A stretch of DNA of 64,000 nucleotides, taken from the NCBI RefSeq assembly GCF_001677475.2, contig NZ_CP015229.1; one strand, given 5' to 3'. Position numbers and translations under genes: made by a program. Of this stretch, positions 39,797 to 50,418 are shown in pieces (position 1 is the first letter of the stretch; each line of letters begins with the position of its first letter). The notes below the pieces were generated by a model. That model searched no databases. It saw nothing but the letters and a program-made list of their open reading frames with translations, and had not been told where the DNA came from. This DNA is from Escherichia coli. GTDB lineage: Bacteria; Pseudomonadota; Gammaproteobacteria; Enterobacterales; Enterobacteriaceae.

Positions 39797-40306
39797 TTAA
39801 TCCCACTCAATCCAGTTGTAGACGATACGAAGTGACGGGCGCACAGCAGCATTCACATCTTCGGTACTAAAGTCGATTGCATCACTGTAGATTTTGCAGT
39901 CCAACATTTCAATTGTTGTAGCAGCTTTTGTCACGGCGTTAACCCCGGAAGATTTGGATTCAGGGGTCGCAGCCATCGTGATATCAACATAGTCCTTCGC
40001 CGCAATGCGATCTTTAATGAACTGAAGAATATCGCCTTCGATAGTCTCCACGCACTGGACCTGGATTTCCCCGGAGTTACGGATTGGACCGTGCTGGTTG
40101 AACTTCACACCATTCGGGCCATAGTCCTCCACATCCTCGCGGGTCATTTCAGGGATTTGCGACGTGCGAACCAGTACGCTGATATCTTCATGGCCTGCAA
40201 AAGTGAGCTGGAATTCAGAAGATACCAGTCGTTCGCCTTTGGCCGCGTTGGCAGTATAGCGGCCCTTAATAAATTTACGGTTTCCCTTAGTGTTATTGTG
40301 CCCCAT
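39797..40306 (-). CDS. virion structural protein, tail-tube candidate
   Basis: 169 aa; same operon and strand as sheath. Confidence 0.45.
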   Translation of the reverse strand: MGHNNTKGNRKFIKGRYTANAAKGERLVSSEFQLTFAGHEDISVLVRTSQIPEMTREDVEDYGPNGVKFNQHGPIRNSGEIQVQCVETIEGDILQFIKDRIAAKDYVDITMAATPESKSSGVNAVTKAATTIEMLDCKIYSDAIDFSTEDVNAAVRPSLRIVYNWIEWD

Positions 40307-40317
40307 ATAAAATCCTT

Positions 40318-40899
40318 TTACTGGAACGCCCGAACAATATCGGAGCTGTTATATATCGAAGAACCGGTCAACTGGAGGTTGACGGTGTTTTTCAGGAAAT
40401 ATCCATTACTGTCCCTTGGCGCATCGAGATCAAAACTTAAGTCCTGGATGGCGACATCGGTGATGTTGATCCGGCGACCAATGTTTAGCGTCACGCGCTC
40501 CGGGATTCGACCACCAACATTGGCCGCTTTTAGTTCCGGGCTAATCATGGCTGTCAACGCGGCGATAGCGCCTGAAACTTCAATGAATGGATTGTTCAAA
40601 GCAATGAAAGTTACAGGCAGCGTGAACGTCGGCGGAGTCCCCCCTTCCCAAACCATTAAGCTATTCCAACGGGCAACCGACGTTGTTTCAGTACCTACTT
40701 GCACAAAACCACCCAGAGCACCAGAAACAGATCCCATGGACATACCGGTAAACGGCGCTTCCCAATTCTGGGCCATGTTCATTGCCGCTCCCTGGCTGAT
40801 ATATCCGGTAACCTGGTACTGAGAGTTCGTTAAAGTAACTTTCAGATATGGCGATACACCGTCAGCCTGGCTGTAAACCCCATAAGCTATAGGAGCCAT
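40318..40899 (-). CDS. virion structural protein
   Basis: 193 aa; beta-rich, Gly/Ser/Thr-rich. Confidence 0.5.
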   Translation of the reverse strand: MAPIAYGVYSQADGVSPYLKVTLTNSQYQVTGYISQGAAMNMAQNWEAPFTGMSMGSVSGALGGFVQVGTETTSVARWNSLMVWEGGTPPTFTLPVTFIALNNPFIEVSGAIAALTAMISPELKAANVGGRIPERVTLNIGRRINITDVAIQDLSFDLDAPRDSNGYFLKNTVNLQLTGSSIYNSSDIVRAFQ

Positions 40900-40934
40900 T
40901 CAAGTTAAAGGCCGGAGTTCTCCGGCCTCCTCCT

Positions 40935-41750
40935 TTAGCCAAGGCGCTTACGGCGCAGTTTCATTGACTTTTTGCGGGCAAGTTTTGCCGCGCCGGTCTG
41001 GGCTTTTCGACGAGCTTTTTTCAGCGCCGATTTTTGAGCCGCAGTCAGACGTTTTTTACGCAGGCGTTTACGGATGAGTTTGATCTCACCGTTACGAACA
41101 ACCTTCTTAAATGCTTCAGTCAGCATTTCATCAGAAGTGCCAGCAACAACAAACGCCGCTTCCAGTTCGTCGCGGTCGTCGCTATCTAAACCAGCGATAG
41201 AGGCACCAACATCAGCAGCTGCGTCGTCGTCCTCATCGTCAGCCAGTGCTTCGATCAGGTCATCATCTACACCGCATGCTGCGAGGAAGTCAGCAACATT
41301 TGCCCATGCTTCGTTATAGGCATCGTCCTGTTCTTCTGTAACTTCGGAGTCGTCGTCGTCAGAGATACCAGCGATAGCTTGAACGAAACCATCAAGGGAG
41401 TCGAAAGTCAGATCACCGCTATCAGCCCAGGCGAAAACGGCGTCGGCCGCATCACTCAACGCATTCTGCATAGCACTTCGATTTGCAGCTTCCAGAATCA
41501 TCTGGTGCGCCTGTTCGACGGTCCATTCTTTACCGTCTTTCCCTTCCAGAATTTGCTCAGGAGCCGGGTCAGATGGAACGTTATCGTTAGTCTGTGCCGC
41601 CGGTTCCGGATTATTATTAATAACAGGATCTGTTAGCGGTTCGGCGCTTGCTCGGGCAGACTCCATCAGCTGCACAGGATCAGAGTTCAAAGCGAAACGG
41701 GACAGTCCATTCCCCAAAAATGCCCCGGATTGAAAAAAGTTTTTGCTCAT
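40935..41750 (-). CDS. acidic protein with highly basic C-terminus
   Basis: 271 aa; AGGGA RBS; Asp/Glu-rich centre, C-terminal KRLRKKRL...RRKRLG. Confidence 0.55.
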   Translation of the reverse strand: MSKNFFQSGAFLGNGLSRFALNSDPVQLMESARASAEPLTDPVINNNPEPAAQTNDNVPSDPAPEQILEGKDGKEWTVEQAHQMILEAANRSAMQNALSDAADAVFAWADSGDLTFDSLDGFVQAIAGISDDDDSEVTEEQDDAYNEAWANVADFLAACGVDDDLIEALADDEDDDAAADVGASIAGLDSDDRDELEAAFVVAGTSDEMLTEAFKKVVRNGEIKLIRKRLRKKRLTAAQKSALKKARRKAQTGAAKLARKKSMKLRRKRLG

Positions 41751-41759
41751 TGTATTCCC

Positions 41760-43349
41760 TTACTTAATAAGCAGCGGTACGCCCTGGATACGACGGGCTA
41801 CGCCAGTCGGGCAGCAGGCCCAGACTACTTCCCATTTATCGAATTCCGCCTGCGTAACTTTCAGCACATACGGTTCTGTACCGTCAGCATCAGGATCACG
41901 AGGAGCCACCAGAGCGCCGGAGGCGACAAAGCGATCTAAAAGTTTGGTCATCCCTTTAGTCAGTCCAGACTCAGTAATGCCGTCCGGGTTATGCTTCATC
42001 TGTCGGGCTAACTGGACAAAGAAACGGCTGATTGCGTTCATCAGGGATGGTACGTGCTGGAAATGCAGATAGTTGTCCTGCGTGCAACAAGTTAAAGCAT
42101 CATCGATGATCATCTGGCCCGAAGTACCTACAGATACTTTATTGAGTCGGCCCTTGACCATAGCTTCTTCGTCCGGGGTGTCTTCAGGATACAGCGGCTG
42201 AAGTGATGCACGAGCAATGACGGCACGTTCTTCACCAGCCGGTGAGTAATGCCAACCGCCGACATCGGAGTTTTTCTTAACGCCACGAGCTTTCGCCGCA
42301 TACGCCGCGCCAGACAGACCGAAGACCACACGGGATTGGGTCCATTTGTCTTTGCAGGAGAACGGGAAGTGATAGACAGAACAGCTTACATAATCGGTAC
42401 CAAGTAAACCGGTATCCTCAACAGCTGGTAGTGCTTCTGCGTACGTTAATGTCGGTTTGACATCAAAGAAGCCATCAATCAGGCGATCTGCACAGATTTT
42501 ACCTAATGCGGTGATAGCCGCATTGTCATAGCAGCCCAGGCCAAGAACAGCGGTGTACATGTACGGCGCATTGTTCAGCACTTTCACCGCACGCAGGTAC
42601 GCAGCGGTTGAGATTTTCGACTGATCACCGTTGGTACCACCAGTGAACGCCAACGATTTTTTATTTGTTACTTTCGCCGTCGAAATCAGCTCTTCATTAA
42701 CAACCGCGCGCAGATATTTAGAACGGGCTTCCAGAGCCGTAGGCAGATAACACAAGCGGCCCATGTCATCTTTCGCTTCTTCCGCCAAAGACACAGTGTG
42801 TGTCTCCAGGGTCGTTACCACGCCGAGCGAAGTCGTCTGGGTCAGTTTCAGGAGGAAGCGTTCATTACCTGCGCTGTCCGCTGTTGCCGTTTCGATGGTT
42901 AACTCACGGGTAGGTGAAATACACGGATCACCATCATCAACGTAGATAGCAAAGGCTTCGCCGCTATCAAGTTCAATTTCAGAACCGTATGGCAACGCAC
43001 TGTAAGCCGGTTCGCCTGATTCATCGAACATAATAACCGGGAACTTCGCATCATCCGGAACAGCACGGACAACATAACCAGACGTTTGCTGAATAGCTTC
43101 GTATACATGGCGAATTGGTTCGAACTGTGAGCCGGAAGACGGCTTCAGCGGTTCGCCGAGAACATCTTCGTAATTGGACTCAGTAACCGCAAGAACAGTA
43201 AACGGCTTGCCACGCGCAAATACGCCAATACCAGCCCACAAGCTGCTATTTAATGCAACACCGGTAGATAACGTCGCATCTGCATTGATCGGGCTAACCG
43301 CGACGCCGGATGCATTACCTAATGACTGTTGAATTGAATATTGAGACAT
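41760..43349 (-). CDS. contractile tail sheath protein (P1 gene 22 position)
   Basis: 529 aa; AGGGA RBS; size and position as P1 sheath. Confidence 0.7.
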   Translation of the reverse strand: MSQYSIQQSLGNASGVAVSPINADATLSTGVALNSSLWAGIGVFARGKPFTVLAVTESNYEDVLGEPLKPSSGSQFEPIRHVYEAIQQTSGYVVRAVPDDAKFPVIMFDESGEPAYSALPYGSEIELDSGEAFAIYVDDGDPCISPTRELTIETATADSAGNERFLLKLTQTTSLGVVTTLETHTVSLAEEAKDDMGRLCYLPTALEARSKYLRAVVNEELISTAKVTNKKSLAFTGGTNGDQSKISTAAYLRAVKVLNNAPYMYTAVLGLGCYDNAAITALGKICADRLIDGFFDVKPTLTYAEALPAVEDTGLLGTDYVSCSVYHFPFSCKDKWTQSRVVFGLSGAAYAAKARGVKKNSDVGGWHYSPAGEERAVIARASLQPLYPEDTPDEEAMVKGRLNKVSVGTSGQMIIDDALTCCTQDNYLHFQHVPSLMNAISRFFVQLARQMKHNPDGITESGLTKGMTKLLDRFVASGALVAPRDPDADGTEPYVLKVTQAEFDKWEVVWACCPTGVARRIQGVPLLIK

Positions 43350-43409
43350 AACTTTCCCTGTTATGCGCCCCGCACGGGGGCGCTATGTTAAACGGAGAAC
43401 TTCCCCTGA

Positions 43410-45137
43410 TTACTCAGAGTCACCGGCATCAATCGTGTCGCCGCTTATGAAGTTAAGCCCGCCTTTTTTGGCCATTGTCAGCGTTACACGAGTGAAGTAA
43501 TCAGCGCCGTTGCGTGGGTGCATATCGTTGATAGCCGAACCCCACAGCGTGGTACGGTTGACCAGCGCCGGAGTGGTCGGATGCTGGAACGGGATGGCCG
43601 GGACAGCATCACCAGTCACGAAGCCTGCTTTACCCGGATTTTCATCACGGACGTAGCACAGCACATCCATCGAGCTGAACTGAATGTTCTCTGTCGTTAA
43701 GTTCTTACAAATACCAGCAGGTACTTCGTACACTTTCACGTTACCGAACAGGGTACCGATGTAGTGAACATACGGAGTCTGGATATAGTCTTCGGCTGGC
43801 TGGAAGAAATCCTTCGGCAACTGTTTGAAGAAAGATGCTGCATCAGCACCAGCAAACATCCCCATCGCACCAGAAGATTTAACGCGCTCAATAATGTCGC
43901 GATATACAGTCTGGAATTTGCCACGAATGATGGTTGCCCATACATCAAAGGACTGGTTAACCGGCAGAGCGATGTCAAAGGTGTCGGTCGCAAGAGTGCG
44001 CCAGATCATGATGCGAAGACGCAGCATATCCTGTTCATGAGACAGGTATTCCTTCAGGGTGCGGAACTGTAGGGAACCCAGGTCCAGACCAAATTCACGC
44101 TGTGCTTCATACGCCGCCTGTACCGTGTGCTCAGCCGCGATAACGAACTGGCTTGGGAACAGGGTGTATTTCTTCATTTCGTGGTTGATCAGCGGGATCA
44201 GCTCAGGAGCGGCTTCAATATTGATTTCCGTCTCAATTGCGATCTCAGTGCCTTTATCCGGCGCTTTGGAGAACGACAGGGCAATCTGACCAATGTTGTA
44301 GTTCAGAGAGCAAGTAACAGTGATTTGCTCACCAGCAGCATTAGTAAACGAGTGAAGTAGGCTGCCGGAACCGTTATCAACAACAGACTTAATACGGTTA
44401 ACGTAGATGTTAGTGCGACCTTTTCGGATTGGTACATTCTGGCCTTCGAAGTCTTCCATCTTGAAGGTTGCGGTTTTGCTGGTGCCATCGGAGCTTGCCA
44501 CCAGCACATAGCGGCGGCGTAACTGGCTGTACACACCGACGGATTGCATGTCCAGAACATCACCAGCAGCATAAGAACCAAAAGAGGAACCTGCCACGTT
44601 AAAGACTTCATAGATGTCGGACTGGTCACGCGTAACCGGAATGAAGGTACACGCATCAGCGGTAGCTGCCCCCAACTGAACAGGCAGGATCATCGCGAGG
44701 AATAAAGGCAGACGCATAACACCGTCAGAAACGCTCATCATCTCTGCTGCGACGGATTCCAGCATCGCTTTATTAGTGGCATCCATGCTATTGCGGGTGG
44801 ACTCAATCAGGCAGTTTTCCAGCGTCTGGTGGCAGGAGGCCAGAATTTCCGGACGCGGCATAGATTTATGTGCTGCGGCGTAGTCAGCCAGTGCACTTGC
44901 CCACGCTGTAGCGATTTGAGCGGTGGCATTATCAGAGATACCCGCAAAAATCGGGTCTTTGCGTGCAGCTTCAAGGATAGATGCGGCACGCGCGGCATCA
45001 TCTTTGATGAATTGGTTATCAGTACCGAACTGTGCTGCACTTGCCCAGCCAAGAACGGCTTTAGAGCGTTTTGCGATATCTGCAATACGATTCTGGTATT
45101 CGCGTAAGTTACTCAAGTTACTCTTCCTTAAACACAA
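43410..45137 (-). CDS. major structural protein, capsid candidate (P1 gene 23 position)
   Basis: 575 aa ORF next to par locus; start is TTG, true start uncertain. Confidence 0.55.
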   Translation of the reverse strand: MCLRKSNLSNLREYQNRIADIAKRSKAVLGWASAAQFGTDNQFIKDDAARAASILEAARKDPIFAGISDNATAQIATAWASALADYAAAHKSMPRPEILASCHQTLENCLIESTRNSMDATNKAMLESVAAEMMSVSDGVMRLPLFLAMILPVQLGAATADACTFIPVTRDQSDIYEVFNVAGSSFGSYAAGDVLDMQSVGVYSQLRRRYVLVASSDGTSKTATFKMEDFEGQNVPIRKGRTNIYVNRIKSVVDNGSGSLLHSFTNAAGEQITVTCSLNYNIGQIALSFSKAPDKGTEIAIETEINIEAAPELIPLINHEMKKYTLFPSQFVIAAEHTVQAAYEAQREFGLDLGSLQFRTLKEYLSHEQDMLRLRIMIWRTLATDTFDIALPVNQSFDVWATIIRGKFQTVYRDIIERVKSSGAMGMFAGADAASFFKQLPKDFFQPAEDYIQTPYVHYIGTLFGNVKVYEVPAGICKNLTTENIQFSSMDVLCYVRDENPGKAGFVTGDAVPAIPFQHPTTPALVNRTTLWGSAINDMHPRNGADYFTRVTLTMAKKGGLNFISGDTIDAGDSE

Positions 45138-45189
45138 GGCACTTGTGTGAATCCCTTTTCGGAAGAGATTTTATTGAAAGTCACTTGTT

Positions 45190-45345
45190 GACTTTCTCGC
45201 GAAAAGTAATTTTTTAAATTTTTTATGCGGGGAAGTGGACGGTGAAAGCAGGCGTTAAATCGTGGGAATTTCAGTCTGAAATTTTTCTAAAAAATATATT
45301 TAAATCATAATGTTATCAATGAAATTGGCGCAGGACATTTTAGGC
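45190..45345. other. parS: parS-like centromere region
   Basis: AT-rich region downstream of parB with ATTTCAG/CTGAAAT heptamers and TGGCGC box; boundaries approximate. Confidence 0.4.
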
Positions 45346-45381
45346 AGGGGAGGAGGCTAAAACCACCTCCCACCAGCGGGA

Positions 45382-46347
45382 TTATTCCCCAGCAGACATT
45401 TTCCCAATGATTTTTTTTATTGCTTCGTCAATTTCAGTTTGCACTTCAGACGGGAGTCTGGAGAACTCGTAGGCGACTACCCGTTTTTTCGGATCGGACT
45501 TCTTTCTGGCGTATTGACGACGGTCAGAGAAGTCTCGCAGCTTCTCAATCACCACAGATTTAACCGGCGCGGGCTTCAGGCTTTTGCTTTCCGCTTTGAA
45601 GATAGCCAGTATCTTCGATTTATCCTCTTTCGCGCCCTCAGTCTCTGCAATTCGTTCGCGCACCGTATCAACCAGCTCTTCAATCGGCACGCTTTTAGCG
45701 TTAGCATCCTCGGCGATCTGGAGCAGTAACTGGTAATCTGGCAGGGCGAGATCGCTGGCAACAGGGAAGACAGCAATCATCTCATCCGGCACCGCGGCAG
45801 CCTGGAAAGCTCGCGTCACTTTAGCCTTTGAGATGTTCTCAGCTCGGGCGATCTCTTCTTTGGTCATATTCTTACCGTACATAACCTCGAAGCGTTTACC
45901 CAGCTCGCGCAGAGTGTGTTCGCGGGCTGTCTGGATATCAATGGCCAGCTGGCGGGCATCTGCCAGGCTGATCTCATCTTTCGTCACCAGAATCTCAAAT
46001 TTCGTTTCATTGAAGATACACGCAGCGCGGCGACGTGATCCGTCCAATACCTCAATGCGCTCCCCAACCATACGACCGATAGCCGGGAAGAACTGTTGCA
46101 ATTTAATGGTGCGGGAAATATCGCTTACCGACTCAGGGGTGAGCAGAGACTGATCGCGGCCGTTAACTGCCGGGTCAACGAACGTGCGCGACTCAATCTC
46201 ACCACTCAGCACAACGGTAAGCAAAAATTTAGCCTGGCGGCCAGATTTTAGGGTAAAGGTTTTGGTGCCTTCACTGCCTTCAAGCATGCGAGCAAACTCG
46301 GAGCTATTCTTGCCCAGCACTCGTCCACGGGAAACTATTTTTTTCAT
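45382..46347 (-). CDS. parB: partition protein ParB
   Basis: 321 aa; ParB/Spo0J-like; overlaps parA stop. Confidence 0.8.
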   Translation of the reverse strand: MKKIVSRGRVLGKNSSEFARMLEGSEGTKTFTLKSGRQAKFLLTVVLSGEIESRTFVDPAVNGRDQSLLTPESVSDISRTIKLQQFFPAIGRMVGERIEVLDGSRRRAACIFNETKFEILVTKDEISLADARQLAIDIQTAREHTLRELGKRFEVMYGKNMTKEEIARAENISKAKVTRAFQAAAVPDEMIAVFPVASDLALPDYQLLLQIAEDANAKSVPIEELVDTVRERIAETEGAKEDKSKILAIFKAESKSLKPAPVKSVVIEKLRDFSDRRQYARKKSDPKKRVVAYEFSRLPSEVQTEIDEAIKKIIGKMSAGE

Positions 46348-47555
46348 GCCGCCTCACCCCTAACAAACTCAATTCGATCAAACACAGCCTTAGTGAAACG
46401 CTCGGCCTCGGTTCGTGCCTTCTTCAGCGCCTCTGCACTGCCTGGATACGATTGCGGGTTGGCACTGATTACGGTGTCGAAAGACTCGCCGCATCGCTCA
46501 AAGCCATCCAGACGAGGCAGAGAAGAGTCCAGAATGTTGCTGGCGTAAACCTCACGCGCAAGGCTGTGTGATGTCTCGTGATCGCGCTTGCCGGTCATCT
46601 TCGACATAAAACCAATGCTGGCGCTCAAACGCGGTTCTACGCCTTCCTCCTCCAGTTGCTCCAGCATTTCTGGCAGACGGGTGAGATATTTCAGTGTTGA
46701 GTGGAAGTCAACCTGGGCTGGTGGGGTAGGGGTAAGCAGCAAATCGCTGGCCGCCAGACCGTTGAGCAGGAACGGATCCAGGTGTGGACCGGTATCAATA
46801 AAGATAAAGTCATAATCATCCGCAACACGATCAATGATATTGCGTCGAAGGATTTCGTACTGATTTTGTCCGGGAAGATGCTCTTCAACCAGCTCTTTCC
46901 ATTGGCTGGCAACAAAGCCATCGTCGATAGAGGCTGGAATCACGTCTACGCCAGGAACGATGGTCGGACGAATCACCTCTTTGCGTAGCGTCTCCGCGTC
47001 CAGGTCGTTCAGCATCGCCTGCGCGGCGGTTTCCAGGATGGAACCAATACTGTGAGTATGGTCGAGGAACATTGTGCTGGATGCCTGAGGGTCAAGGTCA
47101 ATTACCAGAATGCGCAGATCGTGACGCAGTAAATCCTGATGCACACGCAGAGCGTGCGCCAACGTAACTGTGGAAACCGTTTTGGATACGCCACCCTTCA
47201 GGTTTACGACAAAAATAACGTAAGGCGATTTGTGAATGTCGCGATATTTGGGGATCTTACGGTGGGCATAGATATCAATGACGTTCTGGATGGTCAGCGC
47301 GTACTGTTCAACGTTACCGACCTGTTTCTTGTTGAACTGGTACCCATCATCTTCCATCTCTTTGATGGCCTGCTCCACAATGCGGCGGCTCAGCTTCGGC
47401 AACTTTGCCACAGCGTTACGAGTGAACGTCTGATAATACTCGGTCTGATTGAACTCTTTGCGCTGATCTTCAATATCCTGACTCATGGCCTTAAGTAATG
47501 CGCTTGCACGAAGAGCTATGGTGCCAACACCGCCGTAATCGCGTTTCATCATCAT
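46344..47555 (-). CDS. parA: partition ATPase ParA (type Ia, N-terminal extension)
   Basis: 403 aa; deviant Walker A NLKGGVSKT; architecture as P1 ParA but sequence divergent. Confidence 0.85.
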   Translation of the reverse strand: MMMKRDYGGVGTIALRASALLKAMSQDIEDQRKEFNQTEYYQTFTRNAVAKLPKLSRRIVEQAIKEMEDDGYQFNKKQVGNVEQYALTIQNVIDIYAHRKIPKYRDIHKSPYVIFVVNLKGGVSKTVSTVTLAHALRVHQDLLRHDLRILVIDLDPQASSTMFLDHTHSIGSILETAAQAMLNDLDAETLRKEVIRPTIVPGVDVIPASIDDGFVASQWKELVEEHLPGQNQYEILRRNIIDRVADDYDFIFIDTGPHLDPFLLNGLAASDLLLTPTPPAQVDFHSTLKYLTRLPEMLEQLEEEGVEPRLSASIGFMSKMTGKRDHETSHSLAREVYASNILDSSLPRLDGFERCGESFDTVISANPQSYPGSAEALKKARTEAERFTKAVFDRIEFVRGEAA

Positions 47556-47659
47556 CTCCTTATCATTTCGTATGAGTGAATTGTACGTTTGATTCTGCTA
47601 CGTGCAACTTTTTTTGATTCGTGCGTCAATTATTGCACGTAAAGAAATGGCGATGAGGC

Positions 47660-47952
47660 TATTAGATGTGTGCTGGAGGGATGATGCAGGACCAGAATGT
47701 GCGATAGAGGGAAGTCGCATTGAATTATGTGCTGTGGAGGGATCGCTGGTATCAAATATGTGTGCTGGAGGGAAAGGCAGAGAATTACATGTGCACTGGA
47801 GGGAAAAACGGATGGACAGATGTGTGCTGGAGGGAAAGTCTGGGCAAACTGCGGGGCGTCCCCCTCCAGCGCACATCAAAAACAGGAAATTGGACAAGCC
47901 TTCCCGTCAGCACACATTTTTTTAATGCAGCTTCCCTCCAGCACACACTTAT
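47660..47952. repeat. incA-like iteron array downstream of repA
   Basis: About 8-9 copies of GATGTGTGCTGGAGGGAAA-type 19-mers in both orientations. Confidence 0.7.
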
Positions 47953-48809
47953 TCGGGAAGTTTCAGCTTTGGATTGCGAGAATGGACGATTACAAAACTT
48001 TCCCGGCCTTTCTTCTCAATTGAACAGTCGAGATAGCCGATTGTTTTAAGCTGTTCTATCGCTTTCTTAATGATACGGTTTTGCTCGCCAACAGCTGACT
48101 GCAAAGCCAAGCGCTCACGGATTCGCGCGAACGATAGGGGCAACGGGTTCTGCGGAAGGCTTTCGATGAAAGTGTAAATGGCTTGTGCAGCTTCTTTCTT
48201 CGGAAGGGCACGCAAGGCGTGGTGTTGCAACAGAACGCGATAATCAAGCTGGAACAGCTCCCACAGCTTCGAATCAGCCTCCAGCTCTATCAGATCAAGG
48301 TCAGCATCAAAACGCCCGACCTTCAGCAGACCAGTCTGATAGCCGCCTTTAGCATCTTTTCCGCGCTTAAAGGCGATACCCTTGTTACGCAAGCGACCAA
48401 GTGATTCATGAATGGTTAAACGCAGTTTCGCATCCAGACGTTTTGAGGGGAAACCACAGGCTTTAGCGAATTCCTGAAACGATAACTGGATGGTGTTTGA
48501 GGACAAGCCGTATTTGCTGAACGCGTAGATGACACCGATCCACGTTTTGAAATCAGTATCCATATCGAGTCGAGGACCAGTGATTTTAATATCATCGTAA
48601 CCCTCGGCTTTAGCTATCTCCAGCTGGGAAAACGCTTTGGTGGCATCAATCTCTTTACTTTCTCCTTTGCTCTTTGATGGCTTCGGCACGAATACCCCCA
48701 AGCGCATCAACGCTACAGGCTGCACAGTGTTGTTTGAATTAACTGTTAGTTCTTTTGCCTTACTTTCAATGTCTGCGTAAAGAATATCGGAGATAAATGA
48801 TTGATTCAT
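47949..48809 (-). CDS. repA: plasmid replication initiator RepA
   Basis: 286 aa; flanked by iteron arrays; matches P1 RepA as recalled. Confidence 0.85.
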   Translation of the reverse strand: MNQSFISDILYADIESKAKELTVNSNNTVQPVALMRLGVFVPKPSKSKGESKEIDATKAFSQLEIAKAEGYDDIKITGPRLDMDTDFKTWIGVIYAFSKYGLSSNTIQLSFQEFAKACGFPSKRLDAKLRLTIHESLGRLRNKGIAFKRGKDAKGGYQTGLLKVGRFDADLDLIELEADSKLWELFQLDYRVLLQHHALRALPKKEAAQAIYTFIESLPQNPLPLSFARIRERLALQSAVGEQNRIIKKAIEQLKTIGYLDCSIEKKGRESFVIVHSRNPKLKLPE

Positions 48810-48865
48810 ATTACTTTTTCCGAATTATGTGGATAGTTTTTATTAGTGGTGATAACTACCCAGGC

Positions 48866-48972
48866 TTTCCCGTCAGCACACATCCTATATCCCGCCAGCA
48901 CACATTAGCAACCCGTCAGCACACATTTTTATCCCTCCAGCACACATCGTTTTCCCTCCAGCACACATCGCG
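48866..48972. repeat. incC-like iterons (5 direct copies) within origin
   Basis: CCCKYCAGCACACAT repeated 5 times at 21-22 bp spacing. Confidence 0.7.
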
Positions 48973-48999
48973 ATACACTTCTAAGCCAGACGTGACGCG

Positions 49000-49090
49000 G
49001 CCTGCAACGATCAGGGATCTATATGGATCTAATTGGGATCTGTATGGACCTAATTATTGGATCTACCCAGTGGATAATGTGGATAAGTGA
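49000..49090. other. oriR-like plasmid origin core: five GATC sites plus tandem DnaA boxes
   Basis: GATC at 49009, 49016, 49026, 49037, 49060; TGTGGATAA at 49078-49086 with a second box adjacent. Confidence 0.6.
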
Positions 49091-49113
49091 AAAACCGGCC
49101 AACATAGCCGGTT
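49086..49113 (-). terminator. rho-independent terminator of minus-strand operon
   Basis: AACCGGC-CAACATA-GCCGGTT with T-run on minus strand. Confidence 0.45.
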
Positions 49114-49126
49114 GGAAGGAAGGGTA

Positions 49127-49519
49127 TTATTCTACGCTTTCGATAAGAAGACCATGTTCATAACATTTAAGCTCATCGCCTTCGTACAGGAATTGGTATC
49201 CAATACCACCATTTTCATGGACATTAGGGAATAACTCATAACTCACTGAAGAGCAAATCACACCAATGCAACGATCAACGCCTTCTCGTTCTTCAGTGCT
49301 GAAAAAATCCTCTTCGGTAAGAACATGAGTACATTGCTCATCAGCATAGGTCGGAAATACATGCTCGATGCAATCCGGGTGTTTTAAACCAAGCTGATCG
49401 GCAAGCTCGAAAGCATGACGGTATTGTTCAGATCCTGGCTTGCCAACAGTGATGTGCTCAATTTTGTAGATTGAAGTCGCTTTGTTGATAGTTTGCTTTA
49501 CTGTTACTTTATCAGACAT
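49127..49519 (-). CDS. hypothetical protein
   Basis: 130 aa ORF. Confidence 0.55.
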   Translation of the reverse strand: MSDKVTVKQTINKATSIYKIEHITVGKPGSEQYRHAFELADQLGLKHPDCIEHVFPTYADEQCTHVLTEEDFFSTEEREGVDRCIGVICSSVSYELFPNVHENGGIGYQFLYEGDELKCYEHGLLIESVE

Positions 49520-49530
49520 AAAAATCCCTT

Positions 49531-49782
49531 TTAGTTACCGCTGATAGCGCGGTTGTAATCATTAACGTTGCGATTCTTCCTGTTAATCCCCATCAGCATC
49601 GTTTCTGTATCGAGGATATACGCTGGCAGATCATCAAAATATTCACTGCTAAACTCTGGCATTCTGCACATAAATGCACTTTTGGGGGCAGGGTGGTTAA
49701 CCTTTGTCGGCGTCGGCGTTAAATTCGCTGATCGACTCCCGGAGCAACCGCTGAGTGTCAGCAGGAATGCGCTGGCGAACAT
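49531..49782 (-). CDS. putative lipoprotein
   Basis: ATG 49782; MFASAFLLTLSGC with lipobox LSGC. Confidence 0.5.
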   Translation of the reverse strand: MFASAFLLTLSGCSGSRSANLTPTPTKVNHPAPKSAFMCRMPEFSSEYFDDLPAYILDTETMLMGINRKNRNVNDYNRAISGN

Positions 49783-50119
49783 TACCCGCCGCAACCAGTT
49801 GTTTCTGAACTTCAGCTTTTCGTTCCATTTGCCTGTCAGCATATTTGGCTTGTTCTGATTCATTTTTCACTTCCTGGCTGTGAAAATGTTGCTCTGCTTT
49901 GTTCATCGTCTCAATGGTCTGGTTAAGATCCATTATTGACTTATCACGTTCCTTAACAGCCTGATCAAGACTGCCAATTTTCTCCATGGCTTGCTTTAGC
50001 TGATGACGTTCCCATGCAAACCCAGCACCAACAAGTGCGCAAATCAGAACAAGAACACCAGTAGCAGCAAGTTTCTCCTTCAAAGACAAAGCTGTTTTTA
50101 ACGTAGAAAAGAATGACAT
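49697..50119 (-). CDS. membrane-anchored coiled-coil protein
   Basis: ATG 50119 after AGGAGGA RBS; TM then helical region; overlaps lipoprotein gene out of frame. Confidence 0.55.
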   Translation of the reverse strand: MSFFSTLKTALSLKEKLAATGVLVLICALVGAGFAWERHQLKQAMEKIGSLDQAVKERDKSIMDLNQTIETMNKAEQHFHSQEVKNESEQAKYADRQMERKAEVQKQLVAAGNVRQRIPADTQRLLRESISEFNADADKG

Positions 50120-50418
50120 GTCTTCCTCCTGAAGAAAAATTATCAATGAAGTCCTTTGTTACTGTGCCGCTTTGTTTAATTCATCAAGAACAGAATCAGG
50201 AACCAAAGCGGCGACTGCGCTGGCTGTGCTGGTCTTATTTGCTGATGCTTCCGCAAGCGCGGTACCAATAGCATGGCCATAAGCAGTTATGGCTATGCTG
50301 GCGCTTTCCTTCGCCCGTTCATACTGCTGTTGCAATGCAACAGTGGGCGCTGTTGTTTGGTTGAAAACTCCCCCAAACTGTTCAGTTGCTACTTTCAGAG
50401 CTTCAATTTGCTTTTCTG

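Noticed and set aside
47602-48049. Plus-strand ORFs of 98-109 aa over the iteron array
   Set aside because: Generated by the repetitive GGAGGGAAA iterons; Cys/Gly/Arg-rich repeats, overlapping the repA 3' end
47600-48990. Arrays of short direct repeats that could be mistaken for a CRISPR array
   Set aside because: The repeats are 19-bp iterons in both orientations directly flanking repA with 21-22 bp spacing, with GATC cluster and DnaA boxes next to them, and there are no cas genes; this is a plasmid origin with its copy-control iterons
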